In this document: positions 49,254 through 60,134 of the stretch, piece after piece | How the letters are laid out: each line of letters starts with the position of its first letter | How positions within the stretch are numbered: position 1 is the stretch's first letter | NCBI GenBank assembly: GCA_029856045.1 | Contig: JAHQWG010000028.1 | Span: forward strand, 32,001 to 96,000 | DNA from: Promethearchaeia archaeon | Lineage (GTDB): Archaea; Asgardarchaeota; Lokiarchaeia; Sigyniarchaeales; SOKP01 | DNA: 64,000 nt | Direction: 5' to 3' | The notes under the pieces: generated by a model | Database searches by the model: none | What the model saw: only the letters and a program-made list of their open reading frames with translations | Told to the model about the DNA's origin: nothing | Position numbers and translations under genes: made by a program

Positions 49254-50519
49254 TTATAACTGATTTCTTCCATTTTTCTTTAATGCAAATTTAATTAATC
49301 CATAGAAACATAATAGTAAGAATATAGTTGGAATAAAATTATAAGGAAATAGGTCGTGAATCAGATACCAGAGACCAGTAAAAAGCATACTAAAAAAACT
49401 CAATCCAAAGAAACCGGGTTTTACATATTTTTTAAAGATTAAAGGGCTATTTGAGGAATAAAAGAATGTGATTGATAAAATTGGTACCAAAATTACAAGG
49501 TGATGGTCCCAACTATCAAAATAAACTAATAACATAATTACTAATCCAAAACTAAAAGCATGAGTTATATCAAATTGTGGATTAACCTTTATAAAATATA
49601 TGAAAATACCAAATATGCCAATTAACATAAAAATTACAAAAAAAACTATAAAAGAACTGCTAGAAATTCCACTTAAATTAAGTGCATTTAAAACCAATCG
49701 CGTAATACTAAATGAATGATTTACAATTTCTGGGGTTGAACCTAAAAAATTTACTTCTAAAAAGCCATTCCATAAACTTGGAATAAATATGAAAAATAAA
49801 ATATTGAAACTTAATGGGAATATAACACCAATCAATCTCAGTATGCTTCTAAAGAAATCAATATTAATTTTTTTATTTTTTAAGTCAATTTTTATTAATA
49901 ATAAAAAAGGAACTATGAAAACTGTTATTGGTTTTATAATTATACTTATTCCTAAGCAAATACCTCCAAGAATTTCCATAAAAAGCGATGTTTTTGTTTT
50001 AAAAAAATAAATCGAAATTAATAGAAAAAAAGTAACAAAAAGGTTGATTTGTCCAAGAATATAATTAATTGAATGCGGAATAATTAAGAGAAAAATGCTA
50101 ATATAAAGAATTACTCTTTTCTTATCCAAGTCTTCAACATTGGAATTTACTGAAATGCATTTAACCATTAATACACAAATCGAATAGGTAGTAATTAAAT
50201 TCAATAATTGGAATCCAATAAAACCTAAATCATAACCTAATAAATAAAATGGGACAAAAATAAATGCGGAGAGCGGAAAATACCTGAACGGCCAATCATA
50301 ATTTGCCTCATTATATAAGTCTGGGAGGTTAGTGATCACCTGTTTTCCTACATTATAATACGTTAAGAAATCGTTTTGATTATGTAAAATAGTAAAAAAT
50401 AATATTAGAGAAAGAGCAAAATAAAATAAATGTATAAAAAATGCGATTTTAAATAATTTTTCATTCCAAAATTCTTTGAAGTTATTCTTTTTGTTTAATA
50501 GAAAAGATTTAAAATCCAT
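49254..50519 (-). CDS. GT87/DUF2029 (GT-C) membrane glycosyltransferase
   Basis: NDFLTYY, FRYFPLSA, LGQIN, IIKP, NHS, SWDHH; many TM segments. Confidence 0.82.
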   Translation of the reverse strand: MDFKSFLLNKKNNFKEFWNEKLFKIAFFIHLFYFALSLILFFTILHNQNDFLTYYNVGKQVITNLPDLYNEANYDWPFRYFPLSAFIFVPFYLLGYDLGFIGFQLLNLITTYSICVLMVKCISVNSNVEDLDKKRVILYISIFLLIIPHSINYILGQINLFVTFFLLISIYFFKTKTSLFMEILGGICLGISIIIKPITVFIVPFLLLIKIDLKNKKINIDFFRSILRLIGVIFPLSFNILFFIFIPSLWNGFLEVNFLGSTPEIVNHSFSITRLVLNALNLSGISSSSFIVFFVIFMLIGIFGIFIYFIKVNPQFDITHAFSFGLVIMLLVYFDSWDHHLVILVPILSITFFYSSNSPLIFKKYVKPGFFGLSFFSMLFTGLWYLIHDLFPYNFIPTIFLLLCFYGLIKFALKKNGRNQL

Positions 50520-50592
50520 TAAGAAAATAGAAAATAATTTTTCAAAAAAGTCTTACTAAAATTTTTTAATTTTAAACTATAAAAGTTAAATT

Positions 50593-52032
50593 ATGTCATT
50601 AATCGATAAAAAAAGACAATTAATAAAAGTTACTTTTGGTGTAATAGTCGGAAATAGAGATGTTTTTCCAGACCAACTTGCAAAATCTGGTAGAGTAGAA
50701 ATTATTGAAGTTTTAAAAGAATTAGGTTGCGATTATGTCATTTTAAATGAAAAGGATACTAGATTTGGAGTTGTAGAAACCCTTTCAGACGCAAAAAAAT
50801 GTGCAAATTTATTTAAAGCCAATCGGGATAAGATTATGGGAATTATTGTTGTTTTACCTAATTTTGGTGATGAGAAAGGAGTTGCAAACTCTATAAAGAT
50901 GGCGGATCTAAATGTTCCGATATTAATTCAAGCCTCATCTGATGATATAAAACAAATGGATCGAAAATTTAGAAGAGATGCTTTTTGTGGGAAAATCTCA
51001 GTATGCAATAATCTATATCAGTATGGAATTCCCTTTACCTTAACAAAATCCCATACATGTCCGATTACTTCAAAAGAATTCAAGAATGATATCATAAAGT
51101 TTGAAGCAATCTGTAGAATCGTTCATAAAGTGAGAAATGCAAGATTGGGACAAATTGGAACAAGACCGGCGGCTTTCAATACGGTTCGATATAGTGAAAA
51201 GATCTTGGAAAAAAATGGAATTTCTATAGAACCAATAGATTTATCAGAAATTCTGGCTGCAATAAATAACTTAAGCAATGATGATTTAGATGTAAAAGAG
51301 ACAGTGGAGTATATAAAAAACTATACAGAAACTAAGATATTCCCTGAAGAAGGTATAATAAAATTAGCCAAATTAACAGTAGTTATAAAAAATTGGGTAA
51401 AGGAGAATGATTTAGATGGTTTTGCATTTCAATGTTGGCCTAGCATTCAAGATAATTTCGGTATTGTGCCTTGTGCAGTATTAAGTATGTTTAGTGAAGG
51501 ATTAATACCGGGGGCATGTGAAGTAGATATTTCTGGATTAATAGGAATGTTAATATTACAATTGGCTTCGAATAACCCTTCAGCAATATTAGATTGGAAT
51601 AATAATTATAAGTATGAAGAAGATAAAATGGTAACATTTCATTGTTCAAATCTACCGAGATCATTTTTAAAAGGAGCACAGATTACAACTCATCCAATTA
51701 TATCTGATGGAAAAGGAGCAGAAAAATCATTCGGCGCTATACAAGGTAGAATTCTTGCTGAATCTTGCACATTTCTTAGAATTGAAACCGATGATATCAA
51801 TGGAAAAATTAAATGTATATTAGGTGAAGGAAAATATACTGAAGATCCTTTACAAACTTTCGGAGGATATGGTGTTCTTCAAATTCCACATTTACAGAAA
51901 TTATTAAAAAAAATTTGCACGAGTGGATTTGCCCATCATGTTGCAGTTACCCTAAATAAAGTAGGAGATATAATAAATGAAGCAATAACCACATATTTAG
52001 GATGGGAAATTGATTATCACACAAAAGAGTAA
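50593..52032 (+). CDS. L-fucose/L-arabinose isomerase family protein
   Basis: NFGDE, DAFCGKIS, QCWP, ACEVD, FHCSN, GFAHH. Confidence 0.85.
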   Translation: MSLIDKKRQLIKVTFGVIVGNRDVFPDQLAKSGRVEIIEVLKELGCDYVILNEKDTRFGVVETLSDAKKCANLFKANRDKIMGIIVVLPNFGDEKGVANSIKMADLNVPILIQASSDDIKQMDRKFRRDAFCGKISVCNNLYQYGIPFTLTKSHTCPITSKEFKNDIIKFEAICRIVHKVRNARLGQIGTRPAAFNTVRYSEKILEKNGISIEPIDLSEILAAINNLSNDDLDVKETVEYIKNYTETKIFPEEGIIKLAKLTVVIKNWVKENDLDGFAFQCWPSIQDNFGIVPCAVLSMFSEGLIPGACEVDISGLIGMLILQLASNNPSAILDWNNNYKYEEDKMVTFHCSNLPRSFLKGAQITTHPIISDGKGAEKSFGAIQGRILAESCTFLRIETDDINGKIKCILGEGKYTEDPLQTFGGYGVLQIPHLQKLLKKICTSGFAHHVAVTLNKVGDIINEAITTYLGWEIDYHTKE

Positions 52033-52061
52033 TAGTTTATTAGAAATTTATCCCATTTTTA

Positions 52062-55000
52062 TTAGAAAAAATATTCAAATACCCAGAAAACTGTAAATAA
52101 TCCAGTAGCTCCGAGTAAAATCCAGAAAAGAAGTTTAATAAACCCACTACTCAGAAATGTTATTGATTTAATGAGTATATTCCTTAACATTTTTACTTTT
52201 CCAACTGTGAAACTATCTTTATTAACAAAAAAAAGATGCTTATTTAAAAGATGCTGATTGTCCATTTGTTGAATTAACCGTTTAACTTTGTTTATCGCTT
52301 TGAATTGTTTATTTTTATCAGGAGAATTTATATGTTTAAAATTAAGAATTGTACCAATCACTTTATATTGAATATCGGTTCCATCTGGTTTTTTTTTTAT
52401 AGAGTCTTTAACAAACTTTAATAAATATTTTAAATTAACAATTTTTTCTGGATCAGGTTCCAAAAATGTTTCTGGTGCTATATATTGGATGAAGACCTTC
52501 TCGTTAAATAAATCGCTGTTAATTATTATTTCAAGATCATTATTTGACAGAGGAGGTATATGTTCTTTAATTTTTTTTAAATCAACAGCAAAGGACTTTC
52601 TGAGATTAAACCCATCACCAATATTATTAATTTGACTATTTTTTAAATATGTATAGAGTTTAAAGCAACCATTTTGATATGTTTTATCTATAAATTTTTC
52701 AATCTCTTTTTGATTTCTTTCCTTGATTTTTACTTTTACATCTTTATAAACATTCAGCACCTCATTTATTATTAATCTCTTTAATTTAATCTCTGTATCA
52801 ATTGTAAATCTCAATTTATTGAAAGTATTCTTGATTTCAAAACCATCTAAATTATAAAAACAATATTTTATCAAATGGTTTAATTTTAACTTATTTAGTC
52901 TGGTAATTTTCTTGTTTATAGATGAAGTCTTTCTTATTAAAGATTCTAAAAGTAGATTCAATTTATTATAAAATGTGATATATTTATCGGCAACTTCTTC
53001 TTCTTTGCTTATTTTTGGTTTTTTAATCGATTTTGATTCAAAATGTTGATGATAATATTCAATTGAGCCATTATAATCGTCCTTTAGAGAAGAAATAAGT
53101 TCGGAATCAAACTCACTTAGATTAATTATTGGGTTCAATTCTAATGCTTTTTTATAGTATTCAAATCCAATTTTTTTCTTCTCTTTTTTAAAATACACTA
53201 CTGCTAAATTTATCATCGCTAATAGGTTATTTGGATTATATTTAAGGGCTTTTTTGAATTTCTTAATAGCCTTTCTAAATAAGTTATTTTTGTAGTAACA
53301 GATTCCAAGATCATTTAAAATAGAAATATCGGAGGTATATATTTGAAGAGCAATTTCGAAATATTTAGCAGCGTAAGAATATCGTTTCTTATTGAAATTA
53401 GAAAAACCAGCATTACATAATTCAATTTTAAAAAATTTTATCAAATCATTTTTTAATCTACTGGATTCTAATACGTCTAAATAAGCTTTCTTTATTTGAT
53501 AATTAAGGTAATTATTAAAATTAAATCCAAGTTTCTGAAGCGTTTTTTTAAAATCGTTAATTTGACTTTTAAATCTTTTATCGTAGGTTTTAATAGGATA
53601 CTTCTCAAATTTTTTAATGTCATAATAGTCATAACTATGATAATCATAATCACGAGGATAGCGAGAATTTTCATATTTCACCATTTCAGATTTGAATTCT
53701 TGTTTAATTTTTTCTGACAAATAAGAAAGATCATCTTTAATAAGACCTTCTAAATTCTCAATTTTATTAAATTCAATTACACCTTTTTTTTTTTCCAATT
53801 TTAGGGTTTTTATTAGATCTCCAACAAAAATAGCAAAAATTGAACTTATAACAATTAAGGTTATCACTAGAGTTATAAATGGATTTAAAAAAGCATTTCT
53901 TGGATTTGAAATCCATGAAATTTCCAATATATCATTAATCCCATCCAAATCGGTATCTTTTTGATTTGGATCTGTAAAATATGTGTTAATCTCCTCCCAA
54001 TCCGATAATCCATCGCCATCTGTGTCAGAGTCATTCGGATTTGTAGTAAAATTTTCTTTTTCTAGAATATCTGCAATAGAATCTCCATCTGAATCTATCT
54101 GATATTTTAGAATATTCATATCATAACCCCCGTTGTTTGTTTTAGCGACAATATATGTATTATTTAAAGAATCAAAGGCAATTCCTCTTCCCACATTTCT
54201 CTCATCTAAACCCCATGTAACATTAGTAATCAAATTACCAGAATCACTAATTGATAAATAGATTAGATTTTTCTCAAAGCTACCATAACTAGAGGTACTT
54301 CCTGTAATATGAATATTATTTAGCGAGTCCAATTGTAAATCAAACCCATCTTCTGATTCAGTTCCACCCCAAGTTTTATTCCAAACTTGCTGACCATCAT
54401 TATCAAATTTAATAAGTAATAAATCGCTCTTATTACTTTCGCTCTGGTTATATCCAACAATATAAAGATTGTTAAGTGAATCAATAGCAATATTTCTTCC
54501 CCATCCATGTTTATTAGCATGCCACTGAGTGTTCCATTTCATATCACCAGTACTATTGAATTTTGTTAAAAATATGTCATTATTACGATTTGTTACGACG
54601 TAAAAGTTGTTATCTTTATCTAAAACAATCCCCTCAGGATTTCTAAATTCTTCTAATGTCCATTTTTTCGACCATTTTTGAGATCCCGAACTGTTAACAT
54701 ATATTATAGTTAATTCTCCATTTAATTCGCCTAAAACATAGACATTATTTAATGAATCTATAGCAATACCTCTTCCATAATCATCATACATTGAAGTCCA
54801 TGTTTTAGACCACTCAAAAATTCCCTGGTTATTAAACTTTAATAAAAAAATATCATATTTTTGATTAGTGGGTTCGGTACTCCCCACAACATAAATATTT
54901 CCATTTGAATCTATTTGCATTTCTGCTGGAAACTCATAATTTGTACCACCCCATGTCTGATTCCAAATTTGAGATCCTTTACTGTTATACTTAACTAGAA

Positions 55001-55283
55001 TAATATCATAACTACCTACACCATAACTTCGCGTGTTACCTACAATAAAAATATTATCTTCAGAATCTATATCAACATCATAAGGGTTATCAGAATAATT
55101 TCCAGGCCACTCTTTATTCCATTCAATAACGTAAGTAGGGTTATCTAAGAATATAGGATTAATGGGATTATAATAACTATGTATAAAACATGTTAACAGC
55201 AAAATTGAGGAGATTGTTAAGATGAAAAATATACTCGAATTTACTAATCTAATTATAATTTTATTAACCAAATTAATAACCAT
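52062..55283 (-). CDS. Receptor-like protein: SBBP propeller, Ca-binding DxDGD repeats, TM, cytoplasmic TPR, C-terminal TM
   Basis: WNQTWGG/IAIDSLNNVY repeats; DSDGDSIAD, DTDGDGLSD, DTDLDGIND; NDLGICYY..AIKKFKKALKYNP. Confidence 0.82.
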   Translation of the reverse strand: MVINLVNKIIIRLVNSSIFFILTISSILLLTCFIHSYYNPINPIFLDNPTYVIEWNKEWPGNYSDNPYDVDIDSEDNIFIVGNTRSYGVGSYDIILVKYNSKGSQIWNQTWGGTNYEFPAEMQIDSNGNIYVVGSTEPTNQKYDIFLLKFNNQGIFEWSKTWTSMYDDYGRGIAIDSLNNVYVLGELNGELTIIYVNSSGSQKWSKKWTLEEFRNPEGIVLDKDNNFYVVTNRNNDIFLTKFNSTGDMKWNTQWHANKHGWGRNIAIDSLNNLYIVGYNQSESNKSDLLLIKFDNDGQQVWNKTWGGTESEDGFDLQLDSLNNIHITGSTSSYGSFEKNLIYLSISDSGNLITNVTWGLDERNVGRGIAFDSLNNTYIVAKTNNGGYDMNILKYQIDSDGDSIADILEKENFTTNPNDSDTDGDGLSDWEEINTYFTDPNQKDTDLDGINDILEISWISNPRNAFLNPFITLVITLIVISSIFAIFVGDLIKTLKLEKKKGVIEFNKIENLEGLIKDDLSYLSEKIKQEFKSEMVKYENSRYPRDYDYHSYDYYDIKKFEKYPIKTYDKRFKSQINDFKKTLQKLGFNFNNYLNYQIKKAYLDVLESSRLKNDLIKFFKIELCNAGFSNFNKKRYSYAAKYFEIALQIYTSDISILNDLGICYYKNNLFRKAIKKFKKALKYNPNNLLAMINLAVVYFKKEKKKIGFEYYKKALELNPIINLSEFDSELISSLKDDYNGSIEYYHQHFESKSIKKPKISKEEEVADKYITFYNKLNLLLESLIRKTSSINKKITRLNKLKLNHLIKYCFYNLDGFEIKNTFNKLRFTIDTEIKLKRLIINEVLNVYKDVKVKIKERNQKEIEKFIDKTYQNGCFKLYTYLKNSQINNIGDGFNLRKSFAVDLKKIKEHIPPLSNNDLEIIINSDLFNEKVFIQYIAPETFLEPDPEKIVNLKYLLKFVKDSIKKKPDGTDIQYKVIGTILNFKHINSPDKNKQFKAINKVKRLIQQMDNQHLLNKHLFFVNKDSFTVGKVKMLRNILIKSITFLSSGFIKLLFWILLGATGLFTVFWVFEYFF

Positions 55284-55382
55284 TGAAATATAGTATAATA
55301 TCGCTTTATATTGCGTTTTTCATATATTTAAAATTACTTTATTAAATGTTAAATTTTTTTAAAATCTAAATTTGACTATATT

Positions 55383-56465
55383 TCATTTTCCTCTTAAAAT
55401 TTCAATCGTTTTATTAAAGAATCCCGATTTAATAGCTTTTAAAGTCTTTTCATTTTTTACAGCCAATAATTGTATTGGATAAAAATCAATGTTTCTGGTA
55501 TTTCTAACTCTTTGTTTTAAAAATTTTTGTATGGCAATTGAGATAGCATATTTTGAAATATCACACCCAATCCATTTGCGATTTAATCTCTGTGCCACTT
55601 GCAAAGTTGTTCCAGAACCACAAAAAAAATCAGCAATTAAATCTCCCTCATTACTTCCTATCTGGATTAATCGTTCTAATAACATCGGATGTTTTTGAGT
55701 AGGATATCCGGTCCATTCCGAAGAAGCTGGTTGAATACAGGGAATTTTCCAAACATCATCGGCTTTTTTATCATGAACAATTCTGTATTTTACATGACCA
55801 TTTTCATCCTTTACATTCTTTAAGACACCATTTACCGATTCTCGCATTAATTGCTTGATTGGTTTATCTCTTTTAAGGCGGAGCTCATTAAAAGTATAAG
55901 ATCTTCCTTTAGAATAAATTAAAATATTATCATGAGCTCTTGGAAGATTATTCTTTCCAGCTGAATATTTATTGTAGTAATACCATATAATTTCATTAAC
56001 AAATCGCTCCTTTCCGAATATTTCATCCAATATTGCCCTTATGTAATGTGAAACGTGCCAATCTAAATGTATAATAATAAGACCATTACTTGCTAAAAGC
56101 TCTTTCATTAAAATTAAACGTTCATACATCATTTGGAGATATGAATCAATATTCTTTCCCCAATTATCTTTATACCCAAATTCCTTAATTATATTTCCAT
56201 CTAACCGAATTTTTAAAATATAATTGGAACCCGTTGCAAAGGGAGGATCAATATAAATTAAATTAATTTTGTCTGTAAATTTTGAGAGTAAATAGAAAAT
56301 TACATGCTTATTATCCCCCCAAAAAAGTTTATTAGACCAGACATTAATCATTTCACCGGAAGAATTAATTGGTCTAATTAACTTTACTCTCTCAAAATTT
56401 ATGCTATTATCCTTTAATTTATTAACGTCTAAATCTTTTTTATTAGTCCAAGAGAGTCTAACCAT
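55383..56465 (-). CDS. Amino-DNA methyltransferase, beta class (type III Mod-like)
   Basis: IYIDPPF precedes DFFCGSGTT; YPTQK. Confidence 0.9.
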   Translation of the reverse strand: MVRLSWTNKKDLDVNKLKDNSINFERVKLIRPINSSGEMINVWSNKLFWGDNKHVIFYLLSKFTDKINLIYIDPPFATGSNYILKIRLDGNIIKEFGYKDNWGKNIDSYLQMMYERLILMKELLASNGLIIIHLDWHVSHYIRAILDEIFGKERFVNEIIWYYYNKYSAGKNNLPRAHDNILIYSKGRSYTFNELRLKRDKPIKQLMRESVNGVLKNVKDENGHVKYRIVHDKKADDVWKIPCIQPASSEWTGYPTQKHPMLLERLIQIGSNEGDLIADFFCGSGTTLQVAQRLNRKWIGCDISKYAISIAIQKFLKQRVRNTRNIDFYPIQLLAVKNEKTLKAIKSGFFNKTIEILRGK

Positions 56466-56515
56466 TTTATTATTCCTAAATAGTAAATAATATTTTTAAA
56501 AATTTACATTTAAAT

Positions 56516-59500
56516 CTAATAATTGTAAGCACCTTGATTTTCGGGATAAATAAACTCGAATTTATTAGTGAGAGATTTATGATTAAGCCATTTTTTTATA
56601 TTTTTATCCCAGAGATGACAATCCAATGGATTCGGATGTTTGAATTTATCAAATAAATTATTAACAAAAAGATCTCCTTTAACTAAATCAAAAAATAAAA
56701 GATAATGTTCTATTCCAAAATAATTGAATAATTGAGTAATAATTTTCTTGAAATGATTAAAGGCGGAATCTGGTAAATAAAATTTCAAAAATAATCCATT
56801 TTCAAATTTAATTATTTTATCATCTTCTTTAAAACAATATTCCCCCTCTATTTCATAAATGAATCCATAATTAAGGAAATTAAAAATCTTAGTAATTATT
56901 TCGATTTGTTCTCGTGTCAAATTCGGTATAATTGCATAAAATTTAAATTTAAGACCTGTATTTTCTCTAAGTTTTATTTGGGGAAAAATTAATTTTTTAT
57001 TAATCAAATCTTTAATGTTGTTTAACCTTGATTTGTGTCTTAATTTTATCATATCTAAAAAATTTTGACCATTAAAATCTATGATGTTCTGGAAATCTTG
57101 GTTGATTTTTCCTTTAATATTTTTATCTTCTCTTTTAGATACATTAAAAACTTTTAAATCAATTGAAGGGTTAAAATTCTTATCAAATAGTATTTTTTGA
57201 ACAAATATTTCAAAAGTCTGGTATCCAAAATAAAAACCATCAGGGCCAATATTAAAATTAAAATTCAATATTGAAAAGATTTTTTTAACTGAAAATGATA
57301 AATATTCATCAATTTCTCTTTTACTTTTTAAAACCCAGTTCAGATATGAGAAATTGGGATTTCTTGAGGGGAAAATGTATTGAAAAAGGTATGAATTTGA
57401 ATTTTCTAATGAAGCTGTATATTTAAGATTTTTAAAACCTAATGGAAATAACATTTTCCAGTCAATTTCATTACCTTCACTTGGTTTTAAGTATAAATAG
57501 TAATTTTCTAAACCAAATGTTGAAAAATTTATAAAAAAATCAATATTTTTAATATATCTAGAATATTTGATAATAGTTGAAAGATCTTTATTCTGAGTAA
57601 GTATATCTTCAAGATTATTGTGTAAATCTCCAATATCTTTAAAAGTTTCTAAACTAGCTAATTCACTCTTTTTTGATTTTAGATTTTCGGCAAATTGTTC
57701 AAAAGATATTTTTTTAAATAAATTTTCGTTTAATTTAATAGATTCGATCTTACTTTCTCTATGATTTGAAAAAAGCTTTTGGTCTTTAACAAGAGCAATA
57801 CTATATTTAGATAGCTCATCAAAAAAATCTGGAGTATAAAAAAAATCATTATTTTCGACATCAAAAAAATCCTCAAGGCTAAAAATCGATATTAGGTACG
57901 AAGTGAGGAATTCTTTTAAAAGAATTAAATCACTCTTAAATAAATTATAAATAAAACCTAGCAAGTTTAATTTTTCTTTGTCATTTAGCTCAACACTATA
58001 TAAATGTAAATAGATATATTTTTTGCCAGTGATTATGTCAATACTTCTATTAATATTTATTCTAGGAAATATTTGTTTGAGAGCATAAATCTTTTTATCT
58101 GCAGCAATAGAATCCTTTATTATTAAAGAATAAAAAATTGGGCAAATTTTTCTGGCAGAAATAGAGGTAATTAAAAATGGAACTGCTCCTGGGGGATCAG
58201 CTTGAACAGTTTGAGTTAATCTTGTATCTATATCTTCAAATGTAATTTTCTTTATTCGATATTCCTTTAAAATTTTTTTTATTTTCTGAATTTTTGAAGA
58301 ATATAAATTTTCCGCTAATTCCTTCTTTGTTAAAATTACTCCAATCGTGTTTAGATTGAAAATTTTAAGCTTTTCAAAAACCTTTAGTAAGCGTAGGGTA
58401 TTTTGATAATTTTCTTTTTTCTTGCCATAATCAGAATATTTATTAAAATAAACAACAAATAAATTAAACACGTCTTTTTTAAGCTTAAAGAAATGATATT
58501 CAATATTTTCTTTGAATTTGGGGCCAATCCCGTTTTGTTCAATAAAATCAAATAGCATATATTCATTTTTTAGTTCTGGGTGGATTTGTAGAAGATTTTC
58601 TACGTGAATTATTAACTTTAAAATGGTAGAAATTTGTTCTTTGATATAAAAAAATCCGAATGATTTATTTAAATTAATAACATTGAGACAAATTTGTTTT
58701 AATTCCGGATTCGCATAAAAAACATTTATAATCTCTTTTAGATCCTTAATATTATTTCTCTGAGTTAATAAATAACTAAATAGATCACTTTTTACTTTCT
58801 TTAATTGTTTCCATTTTTCCTCAAAACTAAAACCAGTGGCGGAGAACCATCTAATTCTATCAAGGAGTATAATATCTAATAGATCCAATTTCTTTTCTTC
58901 TTTAGAAGCATATTTTAGAGAAGGAGAAAATATTAGATGCTCATTAAAATCTTTATCATCTCTAAGTAATAGTTTTTTATTCATAAATTTCTTTTTAAAA
59001 TAATTTAAATTAAGATAGTTTTCATGAAAATCAAATTTTAGTAGAAAAAATTTCTTGATAATCCCAAAATTTTTTAACGTTCTAAAATATTTCTTTAAAT
59101 CATCATTGTATTTCTTAGGTATAACAAAAATTCCTGTAAGTTCAATCCCAAATTTCGATTCTTGGGATCTATTTACCCAATAAAACGGTAAATGCTCTAA
59201 TATTTTTTGTATCCTATAATTTCCTAGTTGAGGGTTAAAATACAAATAACAATAAATCGTATTTAAAAAATAATAATCAGAATTTACTTGATAATTCGGA
59301 GATATCATTGAAAGCGGTAAAAAGTCCTTAAAATACTTGTTAAATTTCTTTGGAGTGAAGGTAGTTTGAATTTTATTCTCTAATGTTAATCTCTTAAAAA
59401 TATCTTTAAAATCTTTTCTTCTTATATACCGTTTTTTAATTTGAAAAATCTCAAAAATGAGGTAAAAAAATTCTAACTCATCTTCATTCTCAAAATGACC

Positions 59501-60055
59501 TTCCATTACGTTATATTTATGAATATCAGCAAAAACATCATATTCCTCATCAAGATTTATAAATAAAAATGAATATTTATGGATATAATCAAATAGAAAT
59601 TTTATATTTTTTATTATTATATTCCCAATTCTAAATCTATATCGAGCGTATAATAGATTTTTTTTAAATTTCTCTTCCCATATATCAAAATTTGGAAGTT
59701 TCCTTAAGATTTCTGAAGTAATTAATAAAATTATTATTATTAAAGTAGAATAATTTTCCAACGATTCAGGAATAAAACAATAAAAAATCTCACGTAAAAG
59801 TATAAATTTAATAATATTTTTTAAATTAAAATCTATTTCCAAAATATATCTTTCTTCCTCATGAATTCTTTTGACTCCAAAATCAATCGAAATATCTTCA
59901 AATTTTATGGAAGTATTATCTTTTATAAGTTCAATTTTATAAGGCTGGCGTAATGGATCTCTTTCTATGTGGCTTCCAATTTCACACAAAAGATAATTAA
60001 ACCAATAATTGATATTTTCTTGAGTAATTTGAGCTTCAAAATATTCTTCTAACAT
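56516..60055 (-). CDS. Large hypothetical protein with repeated Lrp/AsnC-like modules
   Basis: Recurrent motif: PNYQVNSDYYFLNTIYCYL, FFINFSTFGLENYYLYL, PQIKLRENTGLKFKFYAII. Confidence 0.55.
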   Translation of the reverse strand: MLEEYFEAQITQENINYWFNYLLCEIGSHIERDPLRQPYKIELIKDNTSIKFEDISIDFGVKRIHEEERYILEIDFNLKNIIKFILLREIFYCFIPESLENYSTLIIIILLITSEILRKLPNFDIWEEKFKKNLLYARYRFRIGNIIIKNIKFLFDYIHKYSFLFINLDEEYDVFADIHKYNVMEGHFENEDELEFFYLIFEIFQIKKRYIRRKDFKDIFKRLTLENKIQTTFTPKKFNKYFKDFLPLSMISPNYQVNSDYYFLNTIYCYLYFNPQLGNYRIQKILEHLPFYWVNRSQESKFGIELTGIFVIPKKYNDDLKKYFRTLKNFGIIKKFFLLKFDFHENYLNLNYFKKKFMNKKLLLRDDKDFNEHLIFSPSLKYASKEEKKLDLLDIILLDRIRWFSATGFSFEEKWKQLKKVKSDLFSYLLTQRNNIKDLKEIINVFYANPELKQICLNVINLNKSFGFFYIKEQISTILKLIIHVENLLQIHPELKNEYMLFDFIEQNGIGPKFKENIEYHFFKLKKDVFNLFVVYFNKYSDYGKKKENYQNTLRLLKVFEKLKIFNLNTIGVILTKKELAENLYSSKIQKIKKILKEYRIKKITFEDIDTRLTQTVQADPPGAVPFLITSISARKICPIFYSLIIKDSIAADKKIYALKQIFPRININRSIDIITGKKYIYLHLYSVELNDKEKLNLLGFIYNLFKSDLILLKEFLTSYLISIFSLEDFFDVENNDFFYTPDFFDELSKYSIALVKDQKLFSNHRESKIESIKLNENLFKKISFEQFAENLKSKKSELASLETFKDIGDLHNNLEDILTQNKDLSTIIKYSRYIKNIDFFINFSTFGLENYYLYLKPSEGNEIDWKMLFPLGFKNLKYTASLENSNSYLFQYIFPSRNPNFSYLNWVLKSKREIDEYLSFSVKKIFSILNFNFNIGPDGFYFGYQTFEIFVQKILFDKNFNPSIDLKVFNVSKREDKNIKGKINQDFQNIIDFNGQNFLDMIKLRHKSRLNNIKDLINKKLIFPQIKLRENTGLKFKFYAIIPNLTREQIEIITKIFNFLNYGFIYEIEGEYCFKEDDKIIKFENGLFLKFYLPDSAFNHFKKIITQLFNYFGIEHYLLFFDLVKGDLFVNNLFDKFKHPNPLDCHLWDKNIKKWLNHKSLTNKFEFIYPENQGAYNY

Positions 60056-60134
60056 ATTGCAATAGTTATTTTTCTCTAAATTCTCTTTATAATATTAGAT
60101 CTATTTTAATTTTTAAGATTTATTTTCAAAATCT

